From: Spirochaetia bacterium
GTDB lineage: Bacteria; Spirochaetota; Spirochaetia; DSM-16054; Sediminispirochaetaceae
Length of the DNA: 64,000 nt
NCBI GenBank assembly: GCA_034520965.1
Contig: JAXHMY010000003.1
Span: 64,001-128,000 of the forward strand
Reading direction: 5' to 3'
Shown: positions 63,315 through 64,000 of the stretch, piece by piece
Layout: the number at the start of each line of letters is the position of its first letter
How positions within the stretch are numbered: position 1 is the stretch's first letter
Notes under the pieces: model-generated
Told to the model about the DNA's origin: nothing
What the model saw: only the letters and a program-made list of their open reading frames with translations
The model's database searches: none
Position numbers and translations under genes: made by a program

Positions 63315-64000
63315 TCACATCGCACTTATTTTTCGTTCTAAGCGCCTAAGGCGGTGCTGTAACTCGTTATAATTCACCTTTGACAGCAATGCACGCTGCT
63401 GTAGAAGGGGTTGTATAAGACTCAATGCTGCTTTTGGTTGCTTGTCTATATGCTCAAGGATTTTTGCGGTTTCAATCAGTTGAAAATATCCAGCCCGGAG
63501 AGCCCTCATTTTAGCTAAGACTTCTCTTAATTCCGTCAGGTGACGGCGGCTTTTATAGAAGGAAACCAGAATCCGGCCGGCCGCCTCATTCCCTGCAGAT
63601 AATTCCGCTTCGAAGATTGAAATTGCTCGGGTTTCATTGATTTGAAGCATTAACAATCCAAGGCCCAGCCTGGCCTGACCATCGGGCAAACTCTCCGGAT
63701 TCATTGCTGTTCTTTCAATATGAAAAAGCAGTTGTGCCAAGGATGCTATATCCTGCACATGGTGAGCTACTACGCGTCGCATACAGCCGGCCTCCTGTGT
63801 TCTCAGAAACTCCTGATAACACTCGGGAATAAGCGCCCCCTCAATGTCATCTTCACGATTAATATTGAGCACCAACTCTTCAATTCGCCCCAGATTGCAT
63901 TTCTTTAAAGACTTACCCCAAATTTTACGGGTTGGGTACAGCAAATCAAGCTGACGCGGCATATCGGTGTTGTGGTAGCCGTGAATTCGTAGGCGGTTCA
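63315..64000 (-). CDS. YprB-like RNase H-fold protein with helical C-terminus (5' end outside window)
   Basis: DLLYPTRKIW...CNL..IEE.VL.I.REDDI.G..IP..Y and H..QDI.SL; frame stays open to the window edge. Confidence 0.7.
   Translation of the reverse strand, partial: NRLRIHGYHNTDMPRQLDLLYPTRKIWGKSLKKCNLGRIEELVLNINREDDIEGALIPECYQEFLRTQEAGCMRRVVAHHVQDIASLAQLLFHIERTAMNPESLPDGQARLGLGLLMLQINETRAISIFEAELSAGNEAAGRILVSFYKSRRHLTELREVLAKMRALRAGYFQLIETAKILEHIDKQPKAALSLIQPLLQQRALLSKVNYNELQHRLRRLERKISAM

Overview
This is a chromosomal segment from a motile spirochaete (Spirochaetota), judged from the spirochaete-type FlaB pair, FliD, FliW/CsrA and lipoproteins. 1-1743 is the right part of an IS21-family element (istA, istB). 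About 1744-16998 is a complete integron. It has a long integron integrase on + (one frameshift), a candidate Pc promoter, attI at about 15562, and an AT-rich minus-strand array of 12 cassettes separated by 11 homogeneous 135-bp attC sites. The array is rich in likely anti-phage cargo: a Pycsar-like cyclase plus PycTM in position 1, DUF262+HEPN, two SoFic-like genes, two Phd/RelE TA pairs and a NERD nuclease. It also has one gene-less cassette. The most striking signal is a conserved sigma70-like promoter pattern (TTGTTG-17 bp-TACAAT) inside every attC, pointing at the next cassette. The attC loops of duplicated cassettes have also diverged much more than their genes. 17-64 kb is host backbone: an MCP with a C-terminal binding-protein domain, an MCE/Mla operon with a probable lipoprotein/beta-barrel fusion, a flavinylation/Ndh2 locus, tRNA-Gly, transporters, a badly frameshifted 35.5-43 kb block, a flagellar/c-di-GMP cluster, tsaE/tsaB, trxB, a GH3 hydrolase and glgA. 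Many single-base frameshifts look like long-read consensus errors. All calls come from reading motifs by eye; no database searches were run.
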